64,000 nucleotides of DNA from Dicyema japonicum (Eukaryota > Animalia > Dicyemida), in the NCBI GenBank assembly GCA_011109175.1, contig RDEW01000001.1, forward strand, positions 794,912 to 858,911, written 5' to 3'. Under the pieces are notes generated by a model. It worked only from the letters and a program-made list of their open reading frames with translations, was not told where the DNA came from and searched no databases. Position numbers and translations under genes: made by a program. This document shows positions 26,570 through 40,144 of the stretch, in pieces; position 1 is the stretch's first letter, and every line of letters starts with the position of its first letter.

Positions 26570-27050
26570 AGGCCTACTGATTGTCACTCAATAACCTTTT
26601 TTGTGTAGCTGCGATTTTATGGAAATTAGCCCAAGAGATCGAAGGCCCCCACAAGGCGCATGCATAGGAAATGAGAAGAGAAGATTCTTTTACTTTCTCG
26701 GTAAAAGAATCTCAGTTGAAAACAAGGGGATAGTAGTGAAACCTGGAATACCTAATTGGGAAATACGCGAGAGACAAATCGAATGTGTCCAAGAAAATTC
26801 GTCCCTTTCGACGGCTTTCCTGTTTTCAATGTTAATCAGATGTTTGCAGGTTTCCATAATTTGGAATCGAATTGTGATTTATGTGTTAGCCTGGTCTATC
26901 TCAGAATTTCCATCACTTATTTTTCAATTGAAGTGGACCCAAGTGGATCCCATTTTACTTTTCTTAATAATAAATGGATGTGTCAGTCTTTCAATAGAGT
27001 GTGCTTAATTTTAAGTAGTATTTTGCCATTCATTTAGGTTCTTTTGGTTA
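26570..27050 (-). mobile_element. LINE RT C-terminal (thumb) remnant
   Basis: Minus-strand LISYACALWGPS..HKIAATQKRLL; the plus-strand ORFs in the track here are antisense. Confidence 0.55.
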
Positions 27051-27589
27051 AACTGTCGTCTTCTGCTGACTTTCATTTCCCATCAAATTTACGAATTACT
27101 TTTCTGACATCGACAATGCATGTAGATTATTCAAACGATTGCCAGAAAGTAAAATTAANAAGTATTTATCGACGAACTATGCACACTGGCAACTAGCAAA
27201 TATAAATCTAAGAAACTGAATTTTTCGAGTTGCACGTGTCTTGTTTTGGCCAAAAGATACAATGAAAAGAGAGAGGTGGGAGTTATTGAATATATCCTCA
27301 AAATTCATGAACGATGCGATGGAAGCAAACCATTAGTGAACTCAGGGATATCGAGAATGACTCCTATACAAATCGAAGAGAACCTAAGAGCTCTAAAAGC
27401 GAGAAGACTTTACGACGAAACCGACAAAATCGCAACCTTGGGCGTCCCTCGACAGTCAGTATTCCGCGTAGTGTTCTACAAATGACAAGAAAATCTCAAA
27501 CTCTCGAATAGTTCATGTAAACCTTATCTATCCTAAGTCTTCCGTGAATTCACCATGTGTTTCAATTTTTTGATTAAAGCCTATTATTT

Positions 27590-28580
27590 AACAAAGAAAC
27601 AAATGTTAGTTGAGGAAGTCGGCTGCGTGGATCGCGAACGAGTTCCCTTGGAGTATGGCTATTCCAATTTTTTGTCTCAGCCATAACCCTTCTCGTTGAT
27701 TTTTTTTCTGGCAACCATTCCTCCGAGTTCGCGCAAGAACTCAGCCGTCATTAGACCAACAGCTCCGATGACTCGACCGCAACAGGAGTAAATCGGGGAT
27801 CGCGAACGAGTTCCCTTGGAGTATGGCGATTCTAATCTTTTGTCTCAGCCATAACCCTTCTCGTTGATTTTTTTTCTGGCAACCATTCCTCCGAGTTCGC
27901 GCAAGAACTCAGCCGTCATTAGACCAACAGCTCCGATGACTCGACCGCAACAGGAGTAAATCGGTACCGGTCCCCGAGGCAAGAATATTTCTTGCTTTTT
28001 AGGTTTTCCGCCATCGAAGCAACTGCTCCAGATGTCTGAACCGATTTGAAAAGATTCTGCTTGAAAATGTGTCAACACAAGTCGCGTCCCAGACCAAAGA
28101 TTTTCCAGATGTGTAAGGGAAAAGGGTCATCCCGTCAGGTCTCTTTCCATCTCGATCGAGACCCACTGGTTCAAGCTGTGCCTTCTTCTTCGACATCGTC
28201 TAATACAACCTAGATGAGGATTTCCATCGCCTTTTAAAGAGCCACCAAAGACATAAACAATTTCTCGATCGAGACCCACTGGTTCAAGCTGTGCCTTCTT
28301 CTTCGACATCGTCTAATACAACCTAGCTGAGGATTTCCATCGCCTTTTAAAGAGCCACCAAAGACATAAACAATTTCTCCAGATTGTCGTTTTCAAAAAA
28401 AGGTTTCCAGGTTGTGATGTTAACCCACAGATCTATTATGTCCTGGAAAAGTTGAGAACTATCATTAAGATCAAAGTCATTCAATTGTAAACTGGAAAAC
28501 TAGGAGAACTAAAGTCGGAAGTGAGCAGTTCATTTTTGAATCAGTAGACGTGGAAACTACTTGAGTCATTGGAGGCAGAA
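27590..28580 (-). mobile_element. CRE-clade retrotransposon 3' part with restriction-like endonuclease
   Basis: [67 protein letters not shown], the PD..D RLE signature; contains internal tandem duplications. Confidence 0.82.
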
Positions 28581-28880
28581 TATCAACTAGTAGTATCTAC
28601 AACAAGTGTATGTGATTTACATTAGCAAAGATGTGCTAGATGCCCTGTGGAGGCTATTTGGGCATGTACTAAGAATGAACCCGGACGTAACCGTTAACAA
28701 AGCGATAGAAGATTACTTTGACAGTCGCGAAAAACCCTTCCACAGACGACCTAGATCGAGACTTCCGAATGCCTTAAACAAAATATTAAATCATGTGAGA
28801 CAAAATTTAAATACGGGGGACGACCTGGACGAATTGAGATCACTCGCATTTGAAAGATGAAGATGGAAAAGACTAACTAT
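28580..28880 (+). mobile_element. RTE LINE 3' end
   Basis: WRLFGHVLRMNP..RRPRSRLP..DDLDELRSLAFER. Confidence 0.8.
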
Positions 28881-28889
28881 AAATGTGGT

Positions 28890-30450
28890 TTCTTTGAGTT
28901 TTGCACATGTTGGCTATAATCATTATGGCTTTCGTGAAAGTGCCTTAATAATACGACGATTTAATTTAACCATCACAAATCCTATCTCTGTAGAAAATTT
29001 GAATAACTTTCAATTGGCTTATAGGCTATTCACAAACTTTCCAATCCACATTGGGTTAACCATCACAAATCCTATCTCTGTAGAAAATTAGAATAACTTT
29101 CAATTGGTTTATAGGCTATTCACAAACTTTCCAATCCACATTGGGATGCCAGAACGAAAAACACTTTGTCTACAGAGCCTTAAGTCTTGTTTACATCAAT
29201 CCACGAAACGATTAGTTTGTTTCAACAATGACTATTTATGTAATGATTAATTAAGACTTGCTCCTTCGCACCATGAAACATCCTCTTTGCACATAATTTA
29301 TTATCAGAAATTATTTTGGACACTTCCAAATAATCGGTAAGTTTTGAGTTGACAATTGTGTATCCGATTTATACAATATAGTTATACATGCCTTTTACAA
29401 ATGAGTCTGATAATAGTGCCTGATATTGTCACAACATGTGGCCAATCATCCTCCTGAAAGCATTTTCCGCAACCCATATCCTATCAATCAAAGTCCTTAT
29501 AGTCGATTCAAAGTAGGCAACACTGATGAATTGAAAAAGAACTTGTTAAACCTAAACATCACAACTGATTCCGCCTGTCGGTCACTCAAAGAACTGATTA
29601 CCACATATAGTTGAAGAAGTAGTTTAGAGCGAAACCATATTTGTTGGCCTACTTAGTGTTTGCATGGTTCTGGAAGATTCAGTTTATTGCTGACTTCAGC
29701 ACGTGTGCGATTTCTGACTCATTTAGACAATATTCTATAGAAGAGACAGTGGTTTGTCGATATTATTAACGTATTCAATTTTAAAGTAACTCGCTAGAAA
29801 TGTTATGAAAGCAGTAACTCGACATCTATTTTGTGCTGATTTTCACCTTCATCTCAATAATCAAGGCGGGGGATTTAAAAAAGTCGCTTGAATATTATCT
29901 ACCTGGGTATATCAAAACCTTCGATAACTCTATAATTATTCCGAGGTTTCTAATCAACTGCCTGATTGATTTATCTGTCCTCAACTGGATTCTTGGTCTG
30001 TTCCTTTCGTTTAGGGAGAATTATTAATTTTTTGAAAACAAATGCTATCAGCATCTTATATTTCGGAAAAAAATAGATACTTCTTACATAATGTAAAAAA
30101 TATGGAGCTACGTGTTTGGACAAGAAAAAATATATAAACGATATAGTAGAAAAAGGCATATCAGTCACTTTGCCTGGCAATGCGAATATATAATTATATG
30201 GAAAATGCTTCAAATACATTATTCACTGATGCACCTGAAGTTTGTTGGCCATATTCTAAAAATGCACCCAAGCACGTCAACAGATGTCATCACAGAGAAG
30301 TACTTTGCAGGATCTGGGAAAAGATCCCTTATACATACAATTACGACACTTCTTAACCCTTTGTTACACTGAGGTTCAAGATGCTGAAGTAAACAGTATG
30401 TTTCAGAAACTAAATATAGAATATAACTGAGGATTCCTGCGATAAACTGA
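28890..30450 (-). mobile_element. Degraded R4/Dong-like (RLE) retrotransposon RT region
   Basis: Minus-strand HGAKEQVLIN..KLIVSWIDVNKT*GSV..SGIPMWIGKFV..KLNRRII corresponds to GCKEQLLID..AWIDYKKAFDSV..INRGI. Confidence 0.62.
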
Positions 30451-31789
30451 TCAGGTAAGATAACATCGCCTTCACACAGTTAAGTTACCACAGACCACTA
30501 GTAAAAACATTGTTCATGTGGTATAGAACGATAGAACCAGGATAAATCTCACTCAAGATACTCGGGTGAGTTTTTAAGAACATCATTTCGTTTAATTTTA
30601 ACACAAACTTTTCTTTGGTCCACTATCTGCAAAAAGAATAGAATAATTAGACATACGGGGAACTGAAAAATCTGTTTCTTGGGTAAAATATACCTCTTCA
30701 ATTGTGAAAATCTGTTTCTTGAGGAAATATAACTTGTTCGTGAAGTAAGTCATTTTCATAAGTCAATATTACTAAATTTATTTTATCATATGTTAAGGAG
30801 TCCCATGAAGAGAAGATCTCTCAAGAACATTATCGGGATATATAGTGATTGTCTTACACAAACTCGTTTTCTGCGTCCCGTATATAAGTTGGTAAAACAT
30901 AGCTTCATTTTGGGTTAAGTCGAGCGTCACATAATTTCGTAGTAAAAATTTTTCATGACACCGATTGTATATCAAACAAGAACAATCACGGGAATTCCCT
31001 TATATGCGGATGTGAGTGTATGTGATACTCGCCCTCCAATTTAATAGTTAAAGTAATAAACAAGAAAGAAAAAATAGCTTACAATAACTGTAAGCACTAT
31101 AATAAAATAGTATTTTTAGACTGAAAACAAGCGCTTGTTCAAAACTCATGAAGTAGCAATAGTGCACTATAACATGATTCTATAATACTTAATATCCACA
31201 TTTTCCAATATGGAAGTCACCTCGCGTCCCCATTTTTAGAGATGTCGGATAAAAAAAGATGTAAGTTTTGCATTCATCATCCGAAACTTGTAAAAAATGT
31301 TAAACGATTTTTGTTTTTACAGTATGTTTTTTCGACTTAAATAAAGTTTTTCGATTTCTTTTCGACAAAATATTAACTTTTTATTCAGAGTTCGGATTAC
31401 TGTATGCTTGGACACTTGTGATCCAGAAAATTCTTGAGTTCCGAGATAACTTTAGCGACGAAAACAAAGGATTGAGTAATGTTGCACTGCAGGAATGTTT
31501 TAATCTCAATATCCACAAAAAATAATCAACTTTAAAAATTTGATATACGAAGTATCAGATACTCTAAATTTTAGATTTGGCTCTCGGCTGTTACAAATTT
31601 TGAAGGAACGTCGACAAGTCTACATTGAGGAGGAACAAGGGAGTTAATAGTTAATTTCAAAACTAAGGAAATTAATAAAATTTTCAATTCTTAGAGGTTT
31701 CTTAGATTTTATTAGCAGTCAATAAGAAATAGAGGTTGAGGTGGTAAACTGAGTTTAAGGTGGTAACGACATCTCTACTGCACAAATGT

Positions 31790-34150
31790 CTTAAACGCAC
31801 TAGAAGCGCTTGGAGGAGCTTAATATAACATCTCTCAATGTAAGAATGATCAGCAAGGAGTGGAAAAGAAACTTGTTATGTTCGGATCAAAGAAAAAATG
31901 GTGCAGACGTGGGATACATACAAGAGACAAAAGTATAGGTTGGAATGGACGAGATACATGGAGAATATAAACTTATTTTACTACCATTGTCATCGAGACA
32001 CTATGGACAGGGGTTTGCTGTGCACAAGAAACTTGTTCGTGAAATACATCGCTGTTGGAGTGTAAACGACAGAAACAGCACACTGCAAATACGGGTTGGG
32101 GTCAAACGCACATCAAGGGCCCTTATCTCAATTATAAATGTTTATGCACCCAACAGTGGAAAAGATTCGGACGAACTTGAAGCTTTCTACATGCAGGTGT
32201 CGAGGACATATGCCGAACTGGAATCGTCTTTTCTAGTCGTCATTGCCGGAGACTAGAATGCTAAAGCAGAAGTACGTCGGGAACATGAGTCGACTATCGG
32301 AAGACACGGAAGAGAGATCAGGAAACTGCCGCGGCCTCTGCTGATAAATTTCTGCCGGGCATTTGGTCTATTCCTGTGTAACACTGCGTTTGCGCATGCT
32401 GCAAAATATAAGACTACCTGGACGAGCAGCAGAAGAAATGAATTTGGGGCCATGTGATGATTTACAATCAGATTGATTACATTCTTAGTAAACAAAAAAT
32501 AGAACACTATTACAGGACTTGAGATCATACAAAGAGGCCGTCGTGGAAAGAGACCACAAGTTCGTCGTGGGCATGTTTGATATTACAAGTCGCTATGCAC
32601 GCATTTTGGAACAGAGCCATCTCAAATCATACGGAAAGGATTCTATCGAGCACTAGGATACAGAGAAAAATCAAAAAATTAAAAATTGAACATGTTGTGA
32701 CGTTTTGGATGCCAGACTAAAATTAGTGAAGAATCTAATAGATTGTGCGCAGATGTTCTGGCAATGCGCCTGCTTAAGAAGAGGAATCAAAAGGGTAAAC
32801 TAAAAAATCATGATACAAAGGGAATATGATTTTTGACGCTAAGTAACAAGCCGAACTTATTGCTGCTAATTTTGAACAACTCTTTGACGTTGACGAGGAA
32901 AAGGTGTACCTAATCACAGGTAATGAAGGAAATTTTTTAAATGAAATCACGTTAGCAGAAGTTGTGAAAGCAATAGAGAGACTGAAGTGGAATCACTCGT
33001 CAGGACAGATGGTATAAGTTCTGAGTTACTGAAGTACGACCCAAAAACACTGATGGAAATCGTGGCCAAATTATTAAACGAAATGCTTGAAACTAACGAC
33101 CTACTTCCGTTGGGCAAAGAAATTCTGATGCCGATTCAAAAACCAAATAAAAAGACGGGCCCTGTGGAAAACCTGCCCTCAGTCATCCTACTCAATTTGC
33201 AAAGAAACATCCTTGCACGTGTGCAAGAGCCTGTGAATGAATTCCTGTCATCGAGCCACAGTGGATTCAGGATAGGCAGATCTACCGCTGATGTGGTCTG
33301 GGGGCAGCTGGCGTTGTGCCACTTACCAAAGATTTGAGAGTGCGACTACAATTTTGGGGATCGACATGTCGAGAGTTTTCGACACAATTCTCCGACGAAA
33401 GCTTATTGATGCTATGCGGGGATTCCATAATAGGGATTCTGTCAGGATGATAGAAGTTTTATTGTCGAACACAGAACAGACGGTACGAGTTGAAAGTACG
33501 TCGTCTAGAAATTTGTCGACGACTGTGGAGGATTCCCTTTCCATTTTGCTGATTGTGGTATACTTGGAAGTAGCACTGCGTGGTCTTAGAAAATTTTATA
33601 ATTGCTGATGATTTGGATTTCGTATCAGAAAATAAAGCGACCTTGAGGCGGTTACTTGACGTTGCCCCTGCAGAGCTTGAAAAATGGTTTCTTACTGTGA
33701 ATAAAAATAAAACTGAAATTGTGGAAATCATACGCACTCGATAAGGATTGGAAAAAAGCTGGAGTACTATCCGCGGTCGCACTGAACAGGATGAAGACAG
33801 ATTGGTGGATAACAGACCGTTGACGATCGTGCTTCGTTTGCGATTCTATAATTCTTTCGTGAAGCCGGTCCTTTTATATAACTCTTCCTGCTGGGGAGGA
33901 TCTCGGTATCAGAAACCAAAAATCTTAACTCCCTACACGAAGGCAATTACGAATACTTTGCGGGGTACAATGTCCGACACGTATCAAAAATGAGGCACTG
34001 TACCAAAAGTGCTTAACGCGACCTGCCCACATCACTTGCAAGTTTGGAAATGGAAGAATATTTTGCTGCAAGTTGAAAGAAATATCGGGGGAGCTCGCAC
34101 TACGCAACCGGGGAAGCTAAATGAGGATCTCAAGACAATCAACTAGAGGC
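31790..34150 (+). mobile_element. RTE-clade LINE with AP endonuclease and RT, degraded
   Basis: GQGFAV..ISIINVYAPNS..VVIAGD (APE); RTDGISSELLKY..ENLPSVILL..HSGFRIGRSTAD..ILGIDMSRVF (RT). Confidence 0.88.
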
Positions 34151-34187
34151 TCTTAAGAGGGGAGGAAGGAAACCGAAAACACTTTAT

Positions 34188-34940
34188 TCAACAAGAATTA
34201 GGAGTTAGTTTGGAGGTTATTAACAAGTCCGCCTTTGCTGGCTTATTAAGGACTCTTCCGATGCACCCTATCTCCAATTTATTCTCTTCCAAGCGTCGGA
34301 TCCCCTTGATATTCTTTTCCACAATATTTTTGACTGGTGCAAGAATCTTGTCATATTCCGTACTTAGGAAATCTTCAGCTTTTTTCCCGATTGTCAAATT
34401 TATTGCTGATCTTCCCGACTTTTCCATGAGTAACATTATTTTATCCTTTTGCCGAGTGAAGAACTACGCTTCACACGCGAATAGTAGCTCTGGTAGGATA
34501 ATCCTTATGAAAATAAACAACAAGGTCTCCAAGCTTACAAAGGAGTACGTCGTGAACATGAGTTGACTATCGGAGACAGAGAAGGGTTTGGAAGTTATTA
34601 ACAAGTCCGCCTTTGCTGGCTGGACTCTTCCGATGCACCCTATCTCCAATTTATTCTCTTCCAAACGTCGGATCCCCTTGATATTCTTTTCCACAATATT
34701 TTTGACTGGTTCAAGAATCTTGTCATATTCCGTACTTAGGACATCTTCAGCTTTTTTCCCGATTGTCAAATTTATTGCTGATCTTCCCAACTTTTCCATG
34801 AGTAACATTATTTTATCCTTTTGCAGAGTGAAAAACTACGCCTCACACGCGAATAGTAGCTCTGGTAGGATAATCCTTATGAAAATAAACAAAAAGGTCT
34901 CCAAGCTTACAAAAGAGTACGTCGTGAACATGAGTTGACT
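34188..34940. repeat. Tandem ~375-nt duplication of unknown sequence fused to RTE endonuclease sequence
   Basis: 34210-34566 vs 34588-34938; open frames on both strands in both copies. Confidence 0.75.
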
Positions 34941-36530
34941 ATCGGAAGACACAGAAGAGGGATCAAGAACCTTCCGGGGGCTATTCTGATAAATTTCTAG
35001 CGGTCATTTGGTCTATTCCTTGTAACACTGCGTTTTCGCATGCTGCAAGACATAAGACAACCTTGAAGAGCTGCAGAAAAAATGAATCTGAGACCATGTG
35101 ATGATTTACAATCAGATTGATTACATTCTTAGTAAACAAAAAATAGAACACTATTACAGAACTCGAGATCATACAAAAGGGCCGTCGTGGAAAGAGACCA
35201 CAAGTTTGTCGTGGGCCTGTTTAATATTACAAGTCGCTATGCACGCACTTTGGAACAGAGCCATATCAGGTCATACGGGAAGGATACCTAGTCGAGAGAT
35301 TATGTTATTCACACTTCACTCGAAATATCTATCGAGCATCTATGGAAAATTATTTAATAGCAATAGAGACAGGCTTTCAACCGGGAGTCATTTGGACGCA
35401 TTTAATGGAAAGAATTCACAAGACTGCAAACGAACACATTGAGAGGTACCGAGCAAGGCCACCCCGATGTTCCCGCACTGCACAAAAGTGAGATATTCGA
35501 CTATCGGTAGAAAAGAATGACGAACACAGACAGGAAATGCTTTTTACAGTCGCACCGTACTAGGATACAGAGAAAAAACAGTAAATTTAACAGTGAACAT
35601 GTTGCAAACGTTTTGGATGCCAGGCTAAAGGAAGTAGAGAATTTAAATGATTGTGAGCAGATGTTCTTGGCAATGCGCCTGCTTAAGAGGAGGAACCAAA
35701 AGGGCAAACTACAAATTTAGGATAACAAAAGGAATATGATTTTTGACGCTACGGAACAAGCCGAACTTATTGCTGCTCATTTTGAACTACTCTTTGACGT
35801 TGACGGAGAAAAGGTGGACCTAATCACTAGTAATGCAGGAAATCTTTTAAATGAACTCACGGTGGGAGAAGTAATGAAAGCGATAGAGAGACTGAAGTGA
35901 ATCGCTTGTCAGGACCGGATAGCATAAGTGCTAAGTTACTAAATTACGGAACCAAAACCCTGGGGAAATCGTGGCCACCTTCTTCCGTTAGTCATGGGGA
36001 TTCTGGTGCCGATTAAAAACCGAATAAAAGGACAGTCCTTGTGGAAAAAAGTCATCCTACTCAATACACTAGATAGGTTTTTGCTCTTGTGGTGCTGGAT
36101 CGTGTGCAAAGCCTGTGAATGAAAATCTGTCATCGAGCCACAGTAGATTCAGGACAGGCAGATCTACCGATAATGTTGTTTTGGGCATAGGTGGCGTTGT
36201 GCCACTTATCAAAGATTTGAGAGTGCGACTACAATTTTGGGGATCGACATGTGAAGACTTTTTGACACAATTGGTCGAGGTAAGTTTATTGATGTTTTGC
36301 GGGGATTCCTTAATAAGGATAATGTCAGGAAGAATGAAGTATTATTGTCGATCACAGAACTGACGGAACGAGTTGGGAGTTCGTCGTATAGAAATTTTTC
36401 GACGACTGTGGAGGATTTCTTTTCCCCATTGCTGTTTGTGTATACTTGGAGGTAGCATTGCGTGTTTTTAGAAGTTTTTATAATAGCTGATGATGTGGAT
36501 TTGAATCGGAAGATAAAGCAGCCTTGGGGC
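34900..36530 (+). mobile_element. Second degraded RTE copy
   Basis: Collinear similarity to ~32270-33660. Confidence 0.8.
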
Positions 36531-36532
36531 GG

Positions 36533-37750
36533 TTAGCGCTTGTAGCGCTCTTTTCCTTTTTTTCTGATATCCTCAATGAAGGAACCTCCTCGATTGATAA
36601 CTAACCTAAAATAGCGGAGTAAATTTTCTTTTCGAATACAAAGCGAGTTGGGCTGCGTACGATGTCTCCGTAGACGACTAACTTTCAAGTATCTGGACTT
36701 TTTAGTAAAGAGTCTCATCCCTCTTTTGGAGCTCCTATTTTGCACTTGGTCAATGAATGATTTGATTTTTCTTTCCGATAGAATTGACTTCTTCGACGTA
36801 TCTGTAATCAGAATATCATCTGCGTATATTATCAGTTTGGTGTTCGCATCCGACGGAGTAGGGAAATCAGAATGAAACACCTTGAACAGAAGCAGGCTCA
36901 AGACAGAGCCTTGNTTGGAGCTCCAATCTTGCACTTGGTCAATGAATGACTTGATTTTTCTTTCCGATAGAAATGACTTCTTCGAGGTATCCGTAATCAG
37001 AATATCATCTGCGTAAATTATTAGTTTGATGTTCGCATCCGGCGGAGTAGGGAAATCATTGAACAGAAGCAGGCTCATGACAGAGCCCTGTGGAACGCCC
37101 CTTTTCAATAGGAAATCCTTTGATATATATGCCCAAACACGTACTCGGAATGTACGTGGTGTTGAGAAGTCTTTTATCTATGTGTAGAGTTTCTTGTAAA
37201 TGCTAGCCGCCACTAGCCTTATCAAGAGGGATTCATGCCACACGCTATCGAAGGCCTCGGACAGGTCCAAACACACCAGGTTTGCCTCTTGAATTCCAGG
37301 CCTCTCAGTACCATCGAATGCATGTGATGGATACAATCCGTGCAAGATTTGCCGGGTCTGAAGCCACATTGTTCTGCGAAGAGGAAACAGCGCTCTTCTA
37401 TGTGTTCGTTTAGTCTCTTTAAGATAATTCTCTCAGCAATCTTGGAGATAAAGCGGATTAGGCTGATTAGCCTAAAATTGAAAGGGTCTCACCTCGACAT
37501 CGAAAGCGGTTAGGATGAGTTTATAAAGAATTAATAAATAATCACTGCCAATATCTTCAATCGTAATCGGTCGTTCCAAAAATGGATGATCAAATTTCGA
37601 TATTAACGCCAATCCCAAATAATCCGTGCCACTTGGAGAATAGTGATTCGGAATCGAGGAAATCACAACAGAAAACCTAAAAAACAGAAATGTCCTTTAA
37701 AACAAGGCCTTCTCTGTTCGTCCCCAAACATCAAAACAAGATATCTCTGT
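36533..37750 (-). mobile_element. Jockey/I-like LINE RT fragment
   Basis: LVCLDLSEAFDSVWHESLL; RGVPQGSVMSLLLF..IIYADDILI; internal duplication at the n at 36915. Confidence 0.88.
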
Positions 37751-38199
37751 AGTTTAAGCCTCCAAAAAGGATCGAGAGCGGTGCATTTTCATCATGAAAA
37801 AATTATCGATAAGAATGGATACAAAGATCGCAATTTTTAGGTCAAAATTTCGAATTTATAAAGTAAATAAAATCGCCCTAATTATAACAAAAATAAAATT
37901 GAAGTTGACTAGTAACGCCGTTATCAGCAAACGTATCATCACTGCAGAACTGAATTCTTTTCTGGTTCTCACAAACACGAAAAAAATCAATTAATTTTTC
38001 AATTTCTTAGATATGCTTTTAATTAATTAACATTACTGGTCTTACTCTAAAATAAAGTGTGACTTTGCCTAAGGTGAGGTTTAAGTTATGGAAACAATAC
38101 ATACTCCTTCCGAAAGGTCTGTAAATTAATAAAATTAATAATAATAATAATAAAGCCTTTTCACGAGAGCCATAGTATTTTATAGCTCCGCATAGGCAG

Positions 38200-38468
38200 G
38201 ACACACACTTTATTTAAGTAAAGAACAGTTAATTTTAACTAATCGTAGAACCAAGGAATGATCTTCACTTCTTTTTTTCTTTTTCTTGTGTGAGTGTCCT
38301 TTCTAGACAATCCAGTTCCGCAGCGATTATTCACTGATGACGGCGTCACTCGTCAAACCATTTCTGCATCGTAGATGCGTGGAATCTTCCACCAGGTGAA
38401 CAGCAGCGAGATTCGAACCCGCAGCCTAAGCCACTTAAGCCCGACACCTAACCACTAAGCCACCCGGC
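38200..38468 (-). mobile_element. tRNA-derived SINE, family A copy 3
   Basis: A box TGGCTTAGTGGTTAG, B box GGTTCGAATCTCG, shared body and tail. Confidence 0.82.
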
Positions 38469-38941
38469 ATTAATAAAATTGTATAATTTTAATAAAATAA
38501 GTTATGACAACATTGAATTTTAGATGATGAATATTCTCCTAGTATTAATATTTTTTTTAATAAAATCGTTTAATACAAAAAACAAACAGTTAAAAAGTAG
38601 TAGACAGTCTCAAAATTGAGATCCCATTTTTCCTGACGATTTAAAGGTAATACGATTAAATGAAATTCTTAAAAACGGTTAACATTGCAGAATAAATAAA
38701 AGTTTCTTGATTAATGAATTCATGAAAATAAATATAATTATAAATTTAAAATAAATATCATTTGTTTCAAATTATTAAAAAAAAATTCATTAATATAACA
38801 AGTGACCTAAATTATACACATCGACGTGTTCATTTTACATAATTATGTTGTTGTTAATATTTTTGTCCTCAATCAGGAATTTAGACTTTAAACATCGAAT
38901 GTCAGTATATGTAAAAAGTTTATTGAAAAGTACACTTACAA

Positions 38942-40114
38942 ATGTTGTTAATATTTTTGTCCTCAACCACGAATTTAGACATTGAAAATCGAATGTCAGT
39001 ATATGTAAAAAGTTTATTGAAAAGTACACTTACAAATGTATTTTATAAATAATAATGGTAGACAAACAATTATTCAATTGAAACTATTTCTCACGTCTTT
39101 TATGATGAAATGACAATTCCAATCAAAACAAATAACTTGATCTTCCAATTTTTTATTGAATTCTCAGACAAATTTTACAACATCTCAATAAAAATAGAAT
39201 TAAATTCTAGTATTTAATAGTTAACACTCAAAGATAATAAAACCTACACAAATACAATAAATCTTACAAATATTAAACATGGAAATTATTACAGATGCGG
39301 ATATATGTCCGTAAGTTTTGGGAATGGAAATACACTTACATTATATTCTTTGGTGTTAAAATACTACACTAACCAATCATATTCAAATTTTATTGGAAAA
39401 GGTTTGACATAATTTAATTCAGCACATGACTGTGATCCATCTAACAATCCAAATGTTCAATATTGGTATTTTATTTCGGAAAATCGACTGAAAGGAATAT
39501 TAAGTGGAAATTTTAGAATCACACTTTTATATAATCGCAATGTTAAAATAGTAATTTGTATATTTTAATATTAGATTAATGATTTATTTTTAGATTACGA
39601 GAATCTATATTCGAAGATTAATTTTGATAACAATAGTGTTGTGTTTGTTATCTCTTAAGGGAAATCATTTAGAAATACTTTACAAATTTATTTTGTCTCA
39701 AAACAAATATTATATCTCCAATATTCAAATAGTCATCAATAAAATCTATAATGGGTCTTGGAGTCCTAATAAGAGCAAATTGATTGATGTTGGAAATTCC
39801 TGTAACTTCAAATTGTCTCTCACTAAATTTTCTGATTACATATATGCTGAATTTTCATCATTTAAGGCACAAATTATTCGGAGTGAATTTAAATCCCATT
39901 ATACTGGAATAGGTTTGATTTTTCCTGAATTTTAGAGTCGGAGTGTTTTGAAGAAGTAACTCCTAGAAAAAATACAAATTCTAATCATTCAAAAAATTTT
40001 ATAATTATAGGAATTATTCTATCTGTTCTAACACTTACAATAATTGGAGTCATCACATTTGTCATAAAATGCCGAAATATAATAAGACCAATGGAATATA
40101 TTCCTATTTTATAA
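38942..40114 (+). pseudogene. LAMP-like two-domain type I membrane glycoprotein, copy 1 (frameshifted)
   Basis: Same 5-intron model as copy 2; +1 nt near 39375 and +4 nt near 39640; exon 1 tandemly duplicated (38845 and 38942); ends in TM segment plus CRNIIRPMEYIPIL*. Confidence 0.75.
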
Positions 40115-40144
40115 CAGCAATTAATTTCCTCGTTGTTTTTTTAT

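Noticed and set aside
26601-27037. Plus-strand ORFs of 135 and 93 aa
   Set aside because: Antisense to a LINE RT C-terminal remnant
38330-38360. CTGATGA in the SINE body and at ~60273 as hammerhead cores
   Set aside because: No GAAA after a stem II, and antisense to the SINE in the first case
39197-39233. Apparent non-canonical 24-nt GA-AG intron (or TAA-TAG readthrough) conserved in LAMP-like copies 1, 2 and 4
   Set aside because: A canonical 24-nt GT-AG intron (gtatttaatagttaacactcaaag, 39210-39233; 51664-51687 in copy 2) removes both stops and keeps the frame
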